Below are positions 36,801 through 48,487 of a stretch of 64,000 nucleotides of DNA, one piece after another. How positions within the stretch are numbered: the stretch's first letter is position 1; every line of letters starts with the position of its first letter. The stretch covers positions 352,001-416,000 of the forward strand of contig CAWJPJ010000006.1 of the NCBI GenBank assembly GCA_963844715.1, in the 5' to 3' direction. The notes under the pieces are model-generated. The model worked only from the letters and a program-made list of their open reading frames with translations, searched no databases and was not told the origin of the DNA. The position numbers and the translations under genes are program-made. Source of the DNA: an uncultured Phycisphaerales bacterium (lineage in GTDB: Bacteria > Planctomycetota > Phycisphaerae > Tepidisphaerales > Tepidisphaeraceae).

Positions 36801-39148
36801 AAACCGAAACCGCTGGCGTATTGACCATGCGAACCGACGCCGCCATTAACGAACGGGTTACCGTCGATAATGTTGGGCAGAGCCGGGTCGTAAACGGAAA
36901 CGAGGCGAACTTGCAAATCGGGATTATTGTTGGCGAAAGAGACTCCCTGCAGGTTGACTTCGACACCGGAGGGGTCGGGGTTTTGGATGACGGTGGCGTC
37001 GGCGGAGACTGATCCGGAGGCGGTGGGGACAATGCTCAACTGGCCGGTGGTAGATCCAACCACGATAGCACCAACCCCACCTACAGTGATCGCCTCATCA
37101 TAGAAGAACCCGCTGCTGCTGGCGACGTTGATGTTAGTGCTGGTGTCCGCGGTGAGAGAATAGCCCTGGGAAGTGGTGGTCGGGGCCGTGGCGCCGTAGT
37201 AGTCGCCACTGAGAGCCTGGATGGGCGTTCCGACGTTGACCCAAGTTCCGTCATCGTTGTACTGAGCCTGCATGTCGCCGATGGCGCCCTGAGTCCAATT
37301 GAAGTTCAAGGTAACGTTGCTGTAACCCTGGGTATCCACGGTGAATTCGACGCCTTGGGTATCCTGCGGAGCGTTCTGGCTCCAGCCGTCCGGATTTCCG
37401 GGGGACCCTGTGGGGCCTTCGCCCGAACCGCCGCGAACGCGCCAGACATATTCGGAGAAGCCGGGGTCGTTGTTGCTGGCGATGGGGATGATGTCTGCTT
37501 CGGGGCCGGACGGATTGCCGTCGTAGGAGTTGGTCATTCCGAGGACTTCAGCGGAGTTATCGCTCAGGGTGCCGTTGTAAGTCGTGGGATCGGGCGAATT
37601 ACCGGTTCCCTGGGAGGTGTCGCCGCCGGGCGAGGCGCCCTCACCAGTGGAGAAGTTCCACTGGGTGATGGGAGTTCCCTGGACGGTGACGGTCGCGGCC
37701 GTGGTCGTTGCCATACCGTCGCCGTTCATGTAGGTCGCTTCGTATTCGGTGCCGGTGATGGACTCGTTGGCGGTGAGAGTGAGGATGGGCGTGGTTGCCC
37801 CGGAGACGCCGGTGCCGTTATTCAATTGATTCCAGCTCGACCCGCCGTTGGTGCTGTAATACCACTGGTCGCTCAGGGTCGGAACGCCAATGGCGGAGGA
37901 AACGAGCGTGACGGTGGAACCGGCGGCAACTTCCTGACTAGCGGGATCACCGTTGATGACCGGGGAGGTGGCAACCGTGAGGGTTGCAGCGTTGGACGTC
38001 GCCGAGCCCGCTGCGCTGCTGAATATCGCTTCGTATTGATAGCCGTTTTCGGTGCCCGTGGTGCTGCTAATGGTGAGCGTATCGGTTGTATTGTCGGAAT
38101 CCGTCGTATCCATCGCGAAGCCGGAGCCGTTGTTGACCCACCACTGGACGGTCGGGGTGGGGTTGCCAGACGCGGTGGCTGTGAACGAAACCGAATTTCC
38201 GGCCGCGACAACCTGACTGATCGGCTGGGTGGTGACCGCGGGGGCGGCACCGCCCGCAGTGATCTTGATGTCATCGATGCGCCAGTTACCGGCTGGACTC
38301 GTGGCGCCGCCCTGTTGGAGGTCGGCGCTGCCGGTGGCGGCGTTGACAATGCGTACGCCGAAGTTCGCATCGTTATTCACGCCGGAAATGCCGGTTAGAC
38401 TGACTTGGATTCCGTTTTGCCAATAGAGGCCGTCGCCGTTGGCGGGGTTGGCGAATTCGAAATAGGATCCATTGACGATATTAGGATTGGTGGTGTTGGT
38501 GGCGATGGTCATACCATCGCTAGCGCCGGCATTGGTGCCTCCGCCGACGGTTCCGATGGTCAGATCAGCCGCCGGGGCATTGATCCAAGTTGTGCCATCG
38601 GTGGTGTACTCGACCTGGAAAGCGTCCGTGGCGGAACCCGAGGAGGGGTCGAGATCGAAAGTGAGGACGATCGAGGAATAGCCGACGGTGCTGGTGGAGA
38701 ACTGAGCGCCCTGGGTTCCGATTCCGGCGGTGCTGCTCCAGCCATCGTTGCAACCGCGTAGGCGCGAAGCGTTAGCGCCGACGCCCTCGCTGCTCTGATC
38801 GGTTTGGCCGCCGTTGGCGGGGTTGTTGCCAGAGCCGACGAGAATAGCCGAGATATCGCCTGGCGGGGTTGTTGCTACGGCACCGGGGGTTGGGTAGGCG
38901 TAAACGCCGCCCGGTGAATTGGTGTTGGTCCCTGAAGTCTGGAACCCGATGGAAAGAGCGGTGCCGGTACCGGTGCTGGGGGCGGGGGAAAGGTTTGTGG
39001 CAACGGACAAGTTAGTAAATGTCCAGGCCGCGACGGTGGTACTCAGCATGACGCGATCTTCCATTTGCTCCATGGCGAAGACGGCGGCGCTGGCAATTGC
39101 CTTCTTGGCGGACCGGTAGTTTTTTCGCTCTTTGTGGTTTACGCGCAT
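33810..39148 (-). CDS. Large (~1780 aa) planctomycete surface protein: LEPR-like N-terminus, Ig-like repeats, C-terminal dockerin-like domain (frameshift at ~35230)
   Basis: EQMEDRVMLS; repeated QP.SQ.V.AG..VTF..A.G.PTPTVQW...Y.A.F Ig units; GTAQRSTV; GDLSGSGTVNASD...LDYNGTGTINA. Confidence 0.8.
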
Positions 39149-39739
39149 CGGTTCCTCCTCTAGTTAGTTGAACCCCAAACGACCCCAACGACGGGACGGT
39201 GGTGAGATACCTGTCGATGGTGTCAAGTCTTGATCGGACACTCCAACCCTTGTGTCGCTCGCGCGACACGACTGCGATGAATGAACATCGCGGTACAGAT
39301 TGCTGAGCGGATTAAAGAGGGAGAATCCGTCTCCTTCCCTCGCCCAGCGCCTCAGATATGTCTGCCGGAGAATCTTCTATAAGGAAGCGTCTTCTCCAGT
39401 GACCTCCTGACGGGCGGGAAAATACGGGTCGAACATGTGGCCGCTGCTATGGGTGCCTAAAGATTTGGTTAATGTTCCCGAAAAAAGCGCAATCCGTTTG
39501 GCAGGAGACGGCGCGCGGGAATTGTTTGGATCGGGTTAATATTCTGCTAACCGCTTAAAATTCGCCGTGCTCCCGTTACGCTAACGAAACGTTAATTGCA
39601 TTCGCTTATTTTCCTGCGGCGGCGCGGGCCATGTCTTGCGCTTCGAAAATGGAGTAGGGCGCTCTTTTCAAGATCCTGCATACATTTGAAAAAGATATTT
39701 GGCCTCGGTAAACGGAGTGCATCTGGAAGGAGAAACTTC

Positions 39740-40777
39740 ATGAGCGGGAATTCAAAGCGGGGAGGATTCACTCTAGTTGAGTTGCTGGTGGTCATCGGAA
39801 TCATTGCGATTCTGGTGGGAATTCTGCTGCCGTCGCTAACCAAGGCTCGCCAGCAGGCGCAATTGGTGGAATGCCAGAGCAATTTGCGGCAATGGGGGAT
39901 TGGTATCGAGGATTACTGCGATATCAGCTTCGGCATGTTGCCTTCCAAAGGGGTCGATGCGAGTACGATGCCCGGATACGCGCCCGCTAATGGTTTTGTG
40001 GGGTTTGACGACAAAAGCCTTTGGTTCAACGCGATTCCGCCCTTCGTTAATACGCAAAGCTACTATCAAATGCTGGTGGCGAATTACCAGGATCCGAAAG
40101 ACAATCCGCTACCCCAATATCAGTTTGGACAGAACGACATTTTTGTCTGTGCCTCCGCAGCGCCGGCCGGCCCTCGTCCCGGCCAGGACCCGCCGCTGGA
40201 TCCGCTTAACCAGAATATGTTCACGCAGTATGGTATCGACAGCAACAGCGTGATCCGGGTGGGCCTGCATCCCACGAAGTATTTCGATTTCGACTTCAGC
40301 TACTGCTTTAATTCACAGCTCACCGATCCGCAGAACCAGCCGGCGGGCTTCCAAGCATCCACTTATCCGCTGAGGATTTCCAAATGCAGTCCTGCCAGTA
40401 CGGTTGCGCTGATGTTCGAGAAAATATCGAACTATCGGGAGTACGCGTACGACAAGGGAGTGCAGGATTGGCTTAATTCGCCGGTTACCAAGGATGAATT
40501 TTCGGCTGCCTCGCCAGAATATACGAGCGGTCCGGAGATCGATTCCAGCGGTTTTTGCAAGAACGTATGCCAGCAGGACACCGACTGGACGCGTTTTGCG
40601 GTTTGCCACAACGGCGGCGGAAATGTGCTGTTTGCGGATGGACACGTAGCCTGGTTCAAATGGTCCGATGTCCAGCTTGGTCTATCTCAATTTCCGCTGC
40701 CTCAGAACACGCTGCCAAACCACAATGTGAACAATGCCGGGATTATTTGGTGTCCGCTTGGACCGCCAGACAAATAA
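39740..40777 (+). CDS. Prepilin-type N-terminal cleavage / H-X9-DG (DUF1559-like) protein
   Basis: GFTLVELLVVIGIIAIL..ILLPSL.KAR..A....CQSNLRQ; HNGGGNVLFADGHV. Confidence 0.9.
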   Translation: MSGNSKRGGFTLVELLVVIGIIAILVGILLPSLTKARQQAQLVECQSNLRQWGIGIEDYCDISFGMLPSKGVDASTMPGYAPANGFVGFDDKSLWFNAIPPFVNTQSYYQMLVANYQDPKDNPLPQYQFGQNDIFVCASAAPAGPRPGQDPPLDPLNQNMFTQYGIDSNSVIRVGLHPTKYFDFDFSYCFNSQLTDPQNQPAGFQASTYPLRISKCSPASTVALMFEKISNYREYAYDKGVQDWLNSPVTKDEFSAASPEYTSGPEIDSSGFCKNVCQQDTDWTRFAVCHNGGGNVLFADGHVAWFKWSDVQLGLSQFPLPQNTLPNHNVNNAGIIWCPLGPPDK

Positions 40778-40935
40778 CCGGCAAGATTCGTCTGGACCGA
40801 CGTTCAATCCTCCGCGGGGCCGGGGCTAATCGGCGCGCGGAGAGCGCGGGTGCGGGTGACGGCAGAGACTCGCGATCGCTCCCAAGTCGAACAAACCTAA
40901 GGCGGCGGCAGTCGCTGTGACATCGATTCTGAATT

Positions 40936-43214
40936 ATGAGCGCAGGCGTCGGACAAACCCGGATTCAGGATGCGCTGCGGCTTCATCAGTCCGGGAAACT
41001 GGCGGAGGCGGAGGAAATCTATCGGCAGATATTGGAAACGCAGCCGCGAAGTCCGGAGGTGCTGCATCTTTTGGGGGTGTTGCGAGGACAATCGGGCGAT
41101 CCGGCAGGGTCGATTGAGCTTTTGAAGCGAGCCGTTGAGATCACTGCGAGTGATCCGGTTCTTTGGAACAACCTGGGAGAGGCTTATCGACAGGGAGCGA
41201 GACTGCCCGAAGCCATCGCGGCTTATCGGCGCGGGCTGGAGATCAATCCAAAATCGAGCGAGTCGCTGCGCAACCTGAGCATTGCGCTCGAGACTGTCCG
41301 GGCAAATGGACGAAGCGATGGCCGCGTGCCGTAGGGCGATTGCGCTGAGGCCGGATTATGCGGAGGCGCTCAACGATCTTGGAAATATGGTCGCCGACAG
41401 GAAACGGTACGCGGAGGCGATCACTGCGTACCGGCAGGCGATTGCGCATAGCCCGCGGTTCGCCAAGGCGTATTACAACCTGGGGATCGCGATGGCGAAC
41501 AACGGACAGCGGGCGGAGGCGGCCGAGGCGTATCGCGGCGCGGTCGCCGTCGATGGGAACTACGCGGAGGCGTGGAATAATCTCGGCTATGTGCTTCGTG
41601 AATTGGGGAAAATGGAGGAAGCGATCGCGGCGTTCGGCCGGGCAATGCAATCGCGTCCGGACATGGCGGAGATTCATCGCAATCTCGGGCTGGTGTTTTT
41701 CGAAATGGGCCGATACGAGCAGGCGATTGGCGCCTATCGGCGGGCGCTGGCGCTGAACCCGAATTATCCCGAAGGCCTGGTGAGTCTTGGGAACGCGATC
41801 AAGTCAACGGGACGGCTGGGTGAGGCCGTCGATCTATATCGACGGGCAATCGCGCTGAGCGGGGATTACGCGGATGCTTACACCGACCTGGGCAGCGCCC
41901 TCAAAGACCAGGGGGAACTGGACGAAGCAATCGCGGCGTATCGGCGCACGATGGAACTGAAGCCGGACGAGCCGCCGGCGCACAGCAATCTGATTTTCGG
42001 GCTGCACTACCATCCGGACGCGGATGCGCGGACGATCGCAGAGGAACACGCGAGATGGAACGCGAAGTTTGGGCGGCCAGGGCGCGGGGGATTGCGCGCG
42101 CATACGAATGATCGGAATCCGCAACGGCGGCTGCGGGTCGCGTATATTTCGCCGGATTTTCGAGATCACCCGGTGGCGCGATTTCTGCTGCCGGTGTTGA
42201 AGAATCATGATCATGCGGCATTTGATATCGTGGCGTATTCGCTTTCGCCAATGACGGACAGCACGACGGAAAGAATCCGCCCGCACATGGACCAGTGGCG
42301 GCAGATGGAGAGTCTGTCAGATCAGCAGGCGGCGGAGCAAATCCGAGCCGACGAAATCGATATTCTCGTGGACCTGGCCATGCACACGGGGGGAAATGCG
42401 CCTGCGCGCTATGGCGCTGAAGCCGGCGCCGGTGCAGTTCACGTATCTCGCCTATTGTTCGAGCACGGGATTGGAGACGGTGGATTATCGATTGAGCGAT
42501 CCTTATCTGGATCCGCCGGGGGAAGATGAGTCGGGCTATACGGAGCGGACGATTCGGCTGCCGAATACCTGGTGGGTCTATGAGCCGAGCGAGTTGGCTG
42601 GGGAAATTTCCACTGCGGTGATGGCCCCGCGTGGGGAGATTACTTTCGGCTGTCTGAATTCTTTTCGGAAAGTCAGCCGGCCTGCTATCGCCGCCTGGGC
42701 GAGAATTTTGCGAGAGGTCCCCGGGTCGCGTCTCTTGCTGCACTCGGCGGAGGGAAGTCATCGCGATCGATTACTGGGGCGGTTTGAAGAACACGGGGTT
42801 GGGCGCGAGCGAATTGAGTTCGTGGGATTTGTACCAATGGGAAAGTATTTTCAGCTCTATGACCGGATCGACGTGGCCCTGGACCCATTTCCTTATTGCG
42901 GCGGGACGACGACGTGCGATGCACTTTGGATGGGGGCGCCGGTGGTGACGCTTTCAGGACGGACGGCGGTTGGGCGCGCGGGGCGGAGTATTTTGTCCAA
43001 TGTGGGGCTGGAGAAGTTTGTGGCTCAATCCGAGGATCAATATGTGAAGATCGCGGTGGACCTGGCCGGGAATGTCGCGGAGCGACTGGAGCTTCGGCGG
43101 ACCATGCGCGACCGGATGCGGAATTCGCCGCTGATGGACGGGGCGAGTTTGGCACGGAATATCGAGGCGGCATATCGGGATGCGTGGCGGGAATGGACGA
43201 AATCGAGCGGCTAG
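40936..43214 (+). CDS. Second TPR O-GlcNAc transferase-like protein, GT41/SPINDLY family (two frameshifts)
   Basis: TPRs; RLRVAYISPDFRDHPV, IDILVDLAMHT, TFGCLN, DPFPYCGGTT, WMGAPVVTL. Confidence 0.88.
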
Positions 43215-43357
43215 CCGAGGTCGTTGCTCTCGGCAACATTATCCATACCATGGTTTTTTGCGATCACTGACACGCTTTATCGATTCCAAGGGAGTTCGCA
43301 TGATGATTCACCTTCAGACTGAGCATCGGACGCACGAACGGGATTAGGACCCACCCC

Positions 43358-45116
43358 ATGCGCGTTTTCCGGCGTCGTTTGGCCTTCCTATCGCTCGCTG
43401 CAACACCCGCCCTGCTACCGCTTATTCTTATTCTGCATTATGGAGTCAACTTTCATTTTTTGGATGAATGGTCGCCCGATATCGCCGGGATCTTCGTAAA
43501 GGCACATCTTCATCAACTCACTCTTCAGGATATTCTTGCCCAGCATAACGAACATCGCCTGGCGATCCCGCGGCTGATTCTCCTGGCGATTAATCCCATT
43601 ACGCACTGGAATAATGTGGCCAATGCCGTAGTTGCGTGGATCATCGTTTGTCGCCACGTCACTTCTGCTTTGGATGATCGTCCGTGCGACACAACCGCCA
43701 GGTCGGCGCATTTTCCTGTGGTTTCTCTGCAACTTATTACTCTTCACACCCGCCCAAAGCGAAAACTGGCTTTGGGGAATGGGTTTGGCAAACTTCACCC
43801 CGACCATCCTGGTGTTGGCCACTCTTGTCGTTGCGCTGAGTGCGATGCCAGTCTGGAGTCGGCTAATGATTTGCATTTTGCTGGCCTCCGCAGCGACGGT
43901 TTCCAGCGGCAACGGCGTGCTCGCATGGCCGCTGGCCTGCCCGCTCCTCGTATGGAGTGAGGTGCAAAATAAAGCGGCGCGGGGAAGATGGATTTTTACG
44001 ATCTGGCTTATCGCTTGCGCAACTGACCTTCTGCTTTATAGGTGGGGCTATGTTGAACCGAAGCATAGCGGAAGCCCTTATCCGAGAAGTCCCACGGCTA
44101 TTTTGGTCTATACGCTCGCATTCCTTGGCAATCCCTTTGCCCGGTGGGAACATTGGGATCTCCGGATCGCCAGCATTGTGATTGGCAGTTTAATGCTGCT
44201 GCTCCTTCTGGCGGCTGGGGTGTACGTGGCCCGCGCGTGGAAAACCAGTCGGCGTGAACTCGTCAGCCGATCACTACCCTGGTTAATGGTTGCTGGATAT
44301 GGAGTCTTCAGCGGTTTGCTCGCGTCGCTCTACCGCGGTCAATTTGGTCCACTTCAAGCCTTAAGTTCCCGTTACGTCAGCTATTCGATATTTCTTCCGA
44401 TCGCGCTAGTCAATTTAGTCCCCCTCATCTGCGGTGATATTTTTGCCAAACCAAAGGACTTTCGCGGCGTTTGGAAGTATTTGCCGCCCTCTTTGGCATC
44501 CGCCTTAATTGTGCTCCAGGTTTGCTCGCTCCCGGCAGCAATTCAAGACTGCCAGTATAGGCGTATTTGGTTTCGCCTGGGCAAGGGCGCACTGTTACTC
44601 CTAAATTTTGTCCCGGATAACCCGGAAATACCGCATATCGGAGTTCCAATGCCAGACCGATTGGTCGAAACAGCAAATGCATTAAATGAAATGGGATACT
44701 TACGCCCGCCGCTGATCGCATCGAACAATGCGCAGGAGATTCTGCGGCCAAGTGCCGGCGATGACAGAACCATCGGAGCGTTGGACGGGTTCCGAAGGAT
44801 GCCTTCCGGTCAGTGGCACGCTCGCGGATGGGCCGCCAACCTTGCGACTGGACAACCAGCCGACAGTATATTTCTGACGTTTAGCGACGCGCATCAGCAG
44901 CCAATCATCTTCGCGGCGGCATTTTTGGATATTCGTCGTGACGACGTGGTGAAAACAATGAACGACCCTGTTTCCCCGTGGTGTGGCTGGGAAGCACAAT
45001 TGGATATGAGTCGGATTCCACCGAATATTGGGCCAACTCAAATCACCGCTTGGGTTTTGGATATCGATACGGATACAGCAAGTCCGCTGGCGGGGTATGT
45101 GATATTCCGACGGTAA
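43358..45116 (+). CDS. Polytopic membrane protein, GT-C-like glycosyltransferase candidate (frameshift at ~43650)
   Basis: FLDEW loop, QHNEHR, QSENWLWG, SSRY; many TMs plus soluble C-terminal domain. Confidence 0.6.
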
Positions 45117-45218
45117 TGCGAACAGATCTGAGTTGCAGGGGAGCGCCCCTCCCTTGCCCTCCCCCGGACTACCGGGACGGAAAATCAAAACAGCGACGCG
45201 GGCTTGAACGTGTTACGA

Positions 45219-45347
45219 CTATTTGGGGGTAGGAACCCTGGAGAAAAGGACGCCAAGTCCCTCTGCCATTGTGGGGTGAGCGAAGATCGTGTTTTGTAGA
45301 GTGGTGAAGGGGAGGCCGGCGATCATCGCCATCTGGATGACGGCGAG
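45219..45347 (-). pseudogene. C-terminal 42 aa of the interrupted pyridine nucleotide-disulfide oxidoreductase
   Basis: Reads LAVIQMAMIAGLPFTTLQNTIFAHPTMAEGLGVLFSRVPTPK*, containing the family HPTxxE motif; not in the ORF track. Confidence 0.88.
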
Positions 45348-45382
45348 TCGTTGTATTCACATTGCGCTCCTTGTCACAGGTG

Positions 45383-46174
45383 TCACCTGCGACGCCGTGA
45401 CCAGCGACCCAGTTTCGCCAATTCAAGATTCACCACATCGACATCAAACTCATTGGGATCGAATGATCCGCCGCACCACTGCATCGAGGATTCGTGTTCC
45501 TCATGACTGGGATCGGCGATCGCTTGCAAAAACTCCTGGTAGCCCCACGGCCCGCCCACGTCCTCCGGCGGACACCGCCGCTGGCCCCCGAGGCAAGTCA
45601 CGGTGGCCTTGCGATCATCTGCGATCGGTTCCACGGATTGGACCGTGATTGTGTGCATCCAACCGTCGCCAAAATCGTACAGGTACGTGAACTTCGTTCG
45701 CGCCTTTTGAATCAGCATCCCCAACACGACGCCACTTTCTTCCACGCCTTGATCCGGTTCCTCGGGGTCTTCGGTGAACTCTTGCCCGGCGATGGTAAAG
45801 CTGTGCAGATGGGAATCCGTCCAGCCCATGACGACTTGCAGGCTGTCGTGCAGCCGATCCAACGTGATCGAAGCGGGCACCATCAACTGCCGCCAGATCT
45901 TCGGCTGGACATCGTCAAGCACGATGCGGAGTTTGAAGCAATAGCCTTGAATAAAATCGCGGTCCCGCTTGCCGCCGCGGTGGACCAGGTCGGCGGCCAT
46001 GGCTGTCGCCTGCGGAGCCAGTCCCATCAGTTCGAACATCTCTTTCATGGATGCCGCAATATGCTTGTCGCTCAGGTCCGGCCGCTGGGCGCGAATCTGT
46101 TCGAGGGACTTGCCGGCGTTCATTTGGGTAGCGATGTCCAACGCCAGTGCGCTAATCTTAATGCTCTTTGCCAT
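45383..46174 (-). CDS. pRiA4b ORF-3 family protein with DUF433-like N-terminal extension
   Basis: PKIWRQL.VP, LHD.LQ..MGWTDSHLHSF, YLYDFGDGW.H, CPPEDVGGPWGY. Confidence 0.85.
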   Translation of the reverse strand: MAKSIKISALALDIATQMNAGKSLEQIRAQRPDLSDKHIAASMKEMFELMGLAPQATAMAADLVHRGGKRDRDFIQGYCFKLRIVLDDVQPKIWRQLMVPASITLDRLHDSLQVVMGWTDSHLHSFTIAGQEFTEDPEEPDQGVEESGVVLGMLIQKARTKFTYLYDFGDGWMHTITVQSVEPIADDRKATVTCLGGQRRCPPEDVGGPWGYQEFLQAIADPSHEEHESSMQWCGGSFDPNEFDVDVVNLELAKLGRWSRRRR

Positions 46175-48310
46175 GCAATTCCTTGTCACCATTTTGACTA
46201 CCCCTGTTAACTTCATCCTGGCGTGCCGGACCAAGCACGGCAGTTCTCAACTGTGTCGTGTTCTTGAACCTCTCCGCCAGATATTTCAATTGTGATTCAT
46301 CGGCACGCACGATCAAACGGCGAATCGGCTCGTCGCTATACCGTGCCTGCAACTGACCTCTATGGACCCAACTGCGAACCGTTCTTTCGCTGGCGCCTAT
46401 GTGACGCGCCAGGTCGGCGGTAGTCCACTCGTGTTCGTTCAACGGCGGCGATGGACGATGTTCCGGGGCCGGGCGATATCGCGAAAGCCATTTGCGGACG
46501 GTGCTGGCGTTAAATGGCAAGCCGCGTGGCGAGCGGTGCCCGGCAGTGTTGAGCTTGTTGGCAATTCCTGCCGATTTCACGCCTTGCTGATGCAGCGCGA
46601 TGATCATTTCATCAATGACGCCGTAATTGGCAAGTTGTTCGTGCCGTAACACGGGCCGCCGCAGGCGCACATAGCTGCGATGGCCGCCAACCCAGTGAAT
46701 CCACGCCTCGACCCATTCGCTGTGGCCTTCAACCTGCACCACAACCCGTTCGATAATCAGGCGCAGAATCGCCTTGCGGTCCTCATCCCGGGTGGACGGC
46801 GCGTGCCAGAGCGTGGGCAAATCGGACGCCAAACGTTGAATCTCCTCCTGTTCCCCCTCGCTCAAGAGCCGTGGACATTCCCGACGCCATCGTTCATGTT
46901 CCTCCATCAATTGCCGCTGTTGGCGTAGCGCCGTCTCCCAATTCGTCTCCAGCGTCCGCGCCACCAAGCGATTCTCAGGCTCTACCGCTTCATACTGACG
47001 ATGCGCGCGATCCGCCTCGTAGGCGACGCGCTCCAGTCGCTGACGCCACAACGCTTGGTCTTTTTCGCGTTGATTCTTCAAATCAGCCGCAACCTGGAGG
47101 CTGACTTCCAGCGCCGCCGGTTCCATGGCCAGCAATATCTGCCGCACAACTTCCTGATCCAGTGCCGATGCCGAGAGGCTTTGGCATGAAGGATCGGCAT
47201 AAGCGGTCTTCTTTCCTTCACAGCTATAGACGCCCTGGCTGGCCTTGCCGTAGCGGGTGAGCATGCGGTATCCGCAGCGGCGACAAACCACCAGCCCCGT
47301 TAATCGCGCCCGTCCATGTCGAATGGCGCCGCGGGATTCAATCTTCGATCGATTTTCGCGCATCTGATGCTGATTGGCTTCATACTGGGCCCAACTGATA
47401 TAAGCGGGGAACCGGTCACGGATCAATACCCGCCACTGGTCCCTGGGCAATCGCCGCCACCAGCAGTGCCCGTCGGGCCGTCTCTGTCGCCCATAGCGTC
47501 CATAAGTATAAGCACCGGCGTACATCGGATTGCACAACATGGCGCGAATCGTCGATAGATTGGGACGCCGCCATTGCAAAGTGCCATGATCGGGTCCGCC
47601 CTCAAGGCGAATCCCTATTCGCACGTTCTCATTCCGCAGTTGCCGTAATGTGCCGGTGGCCGTGCCAACCCGTTCAAACGCATCGAATACCCGCATCGCA
47701 ATGGCGCGTACCTGCTCATCGGGATCCTGGACAATGCGGCCGGCGGCGTCGCGAACATAACCAATCGGCAACCGGCTGAACAATTCGCCACGCTGCGCCT
47801 TCTGTCTGGCGCCTTGGAGCATCCGCTGTTTGAGAATGTGCAGTTCGGCCTCGGACATTGTCCCTTTGAGGCCCAGGAGCAGTCGATCGTTGTAGGCGGA
47901 TGGATCATAAAGCCCATCAAGGTCATAGATCAGCGTGCCAAACAGCGCGCACAACTCCAGCAGTTGATACCAATCTTTGCATAATCGGGCGAGCCGGGAC
48001 ATCTCCACGCCCAAGATCAAACCCACACGCCCCAACGCCACCTCCGCTAATAAGCGCTGGAAGCCCGAGCGGCCTTCGGCTGACGCGCCGGACCTGCCCA
48101 AATCTTCGTCATAAACCTGAACCAGCGCGCAGACCATCCGAGGCTAATCGCGTGATCAACCAACCCGTATTGCAACTGCGTCGATTCCCGATGCCGCTGC
48201 ACCTGATGAATGCTGGATTGGCGCACATAAACCACTGCCAGGCGTTCACGATGTTGCGAAGTGCATTTATGCTGGCCCACCGGCAGCGCCTCAATCGTGG
48301 TGCTGTTCAT
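46158..48310 (-). CDS. Large serine recombinase (resolvase + recombinase + Zn-ribbon + coiled coil + C-terminal HTH; frameshift at ~48135)
   Basis: YVRQSS catalytic motif, DEDLGRSG, SRLAR, NPMYAG, CRRCG..YSC, WTTADLARHIGASERTVRSW. Confidence 0.9.
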
Positions 48311-48487
48311 GAAGTGGTCTCCGAGTTAGATAGTTTTGCAGGATGCGGCTCATCACCGCTATAAGCTGTCGGCGCGGCCGATCCGGCAGGTGCTGCCACA
48401 GATCGTTGTGTGTTTGCGATCCGCTCAGCGGCCGCGGCGAGTCCCGCAGCTTTGGGAGCGGATCGGTCGTCGGAAAGGGTCAGACAT
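48291..48487 (-). CDS. Small hypothetical protein upstream of the recombinase (frameshifted)
   Basis: GGAGG SD plus ATG at 48487; C-terminal frame DLWQHLPDRPRRQLIAVMSRILQNYLTRRPLHEQHHD* overlapping the recombinase start. Confidence 0.45.
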
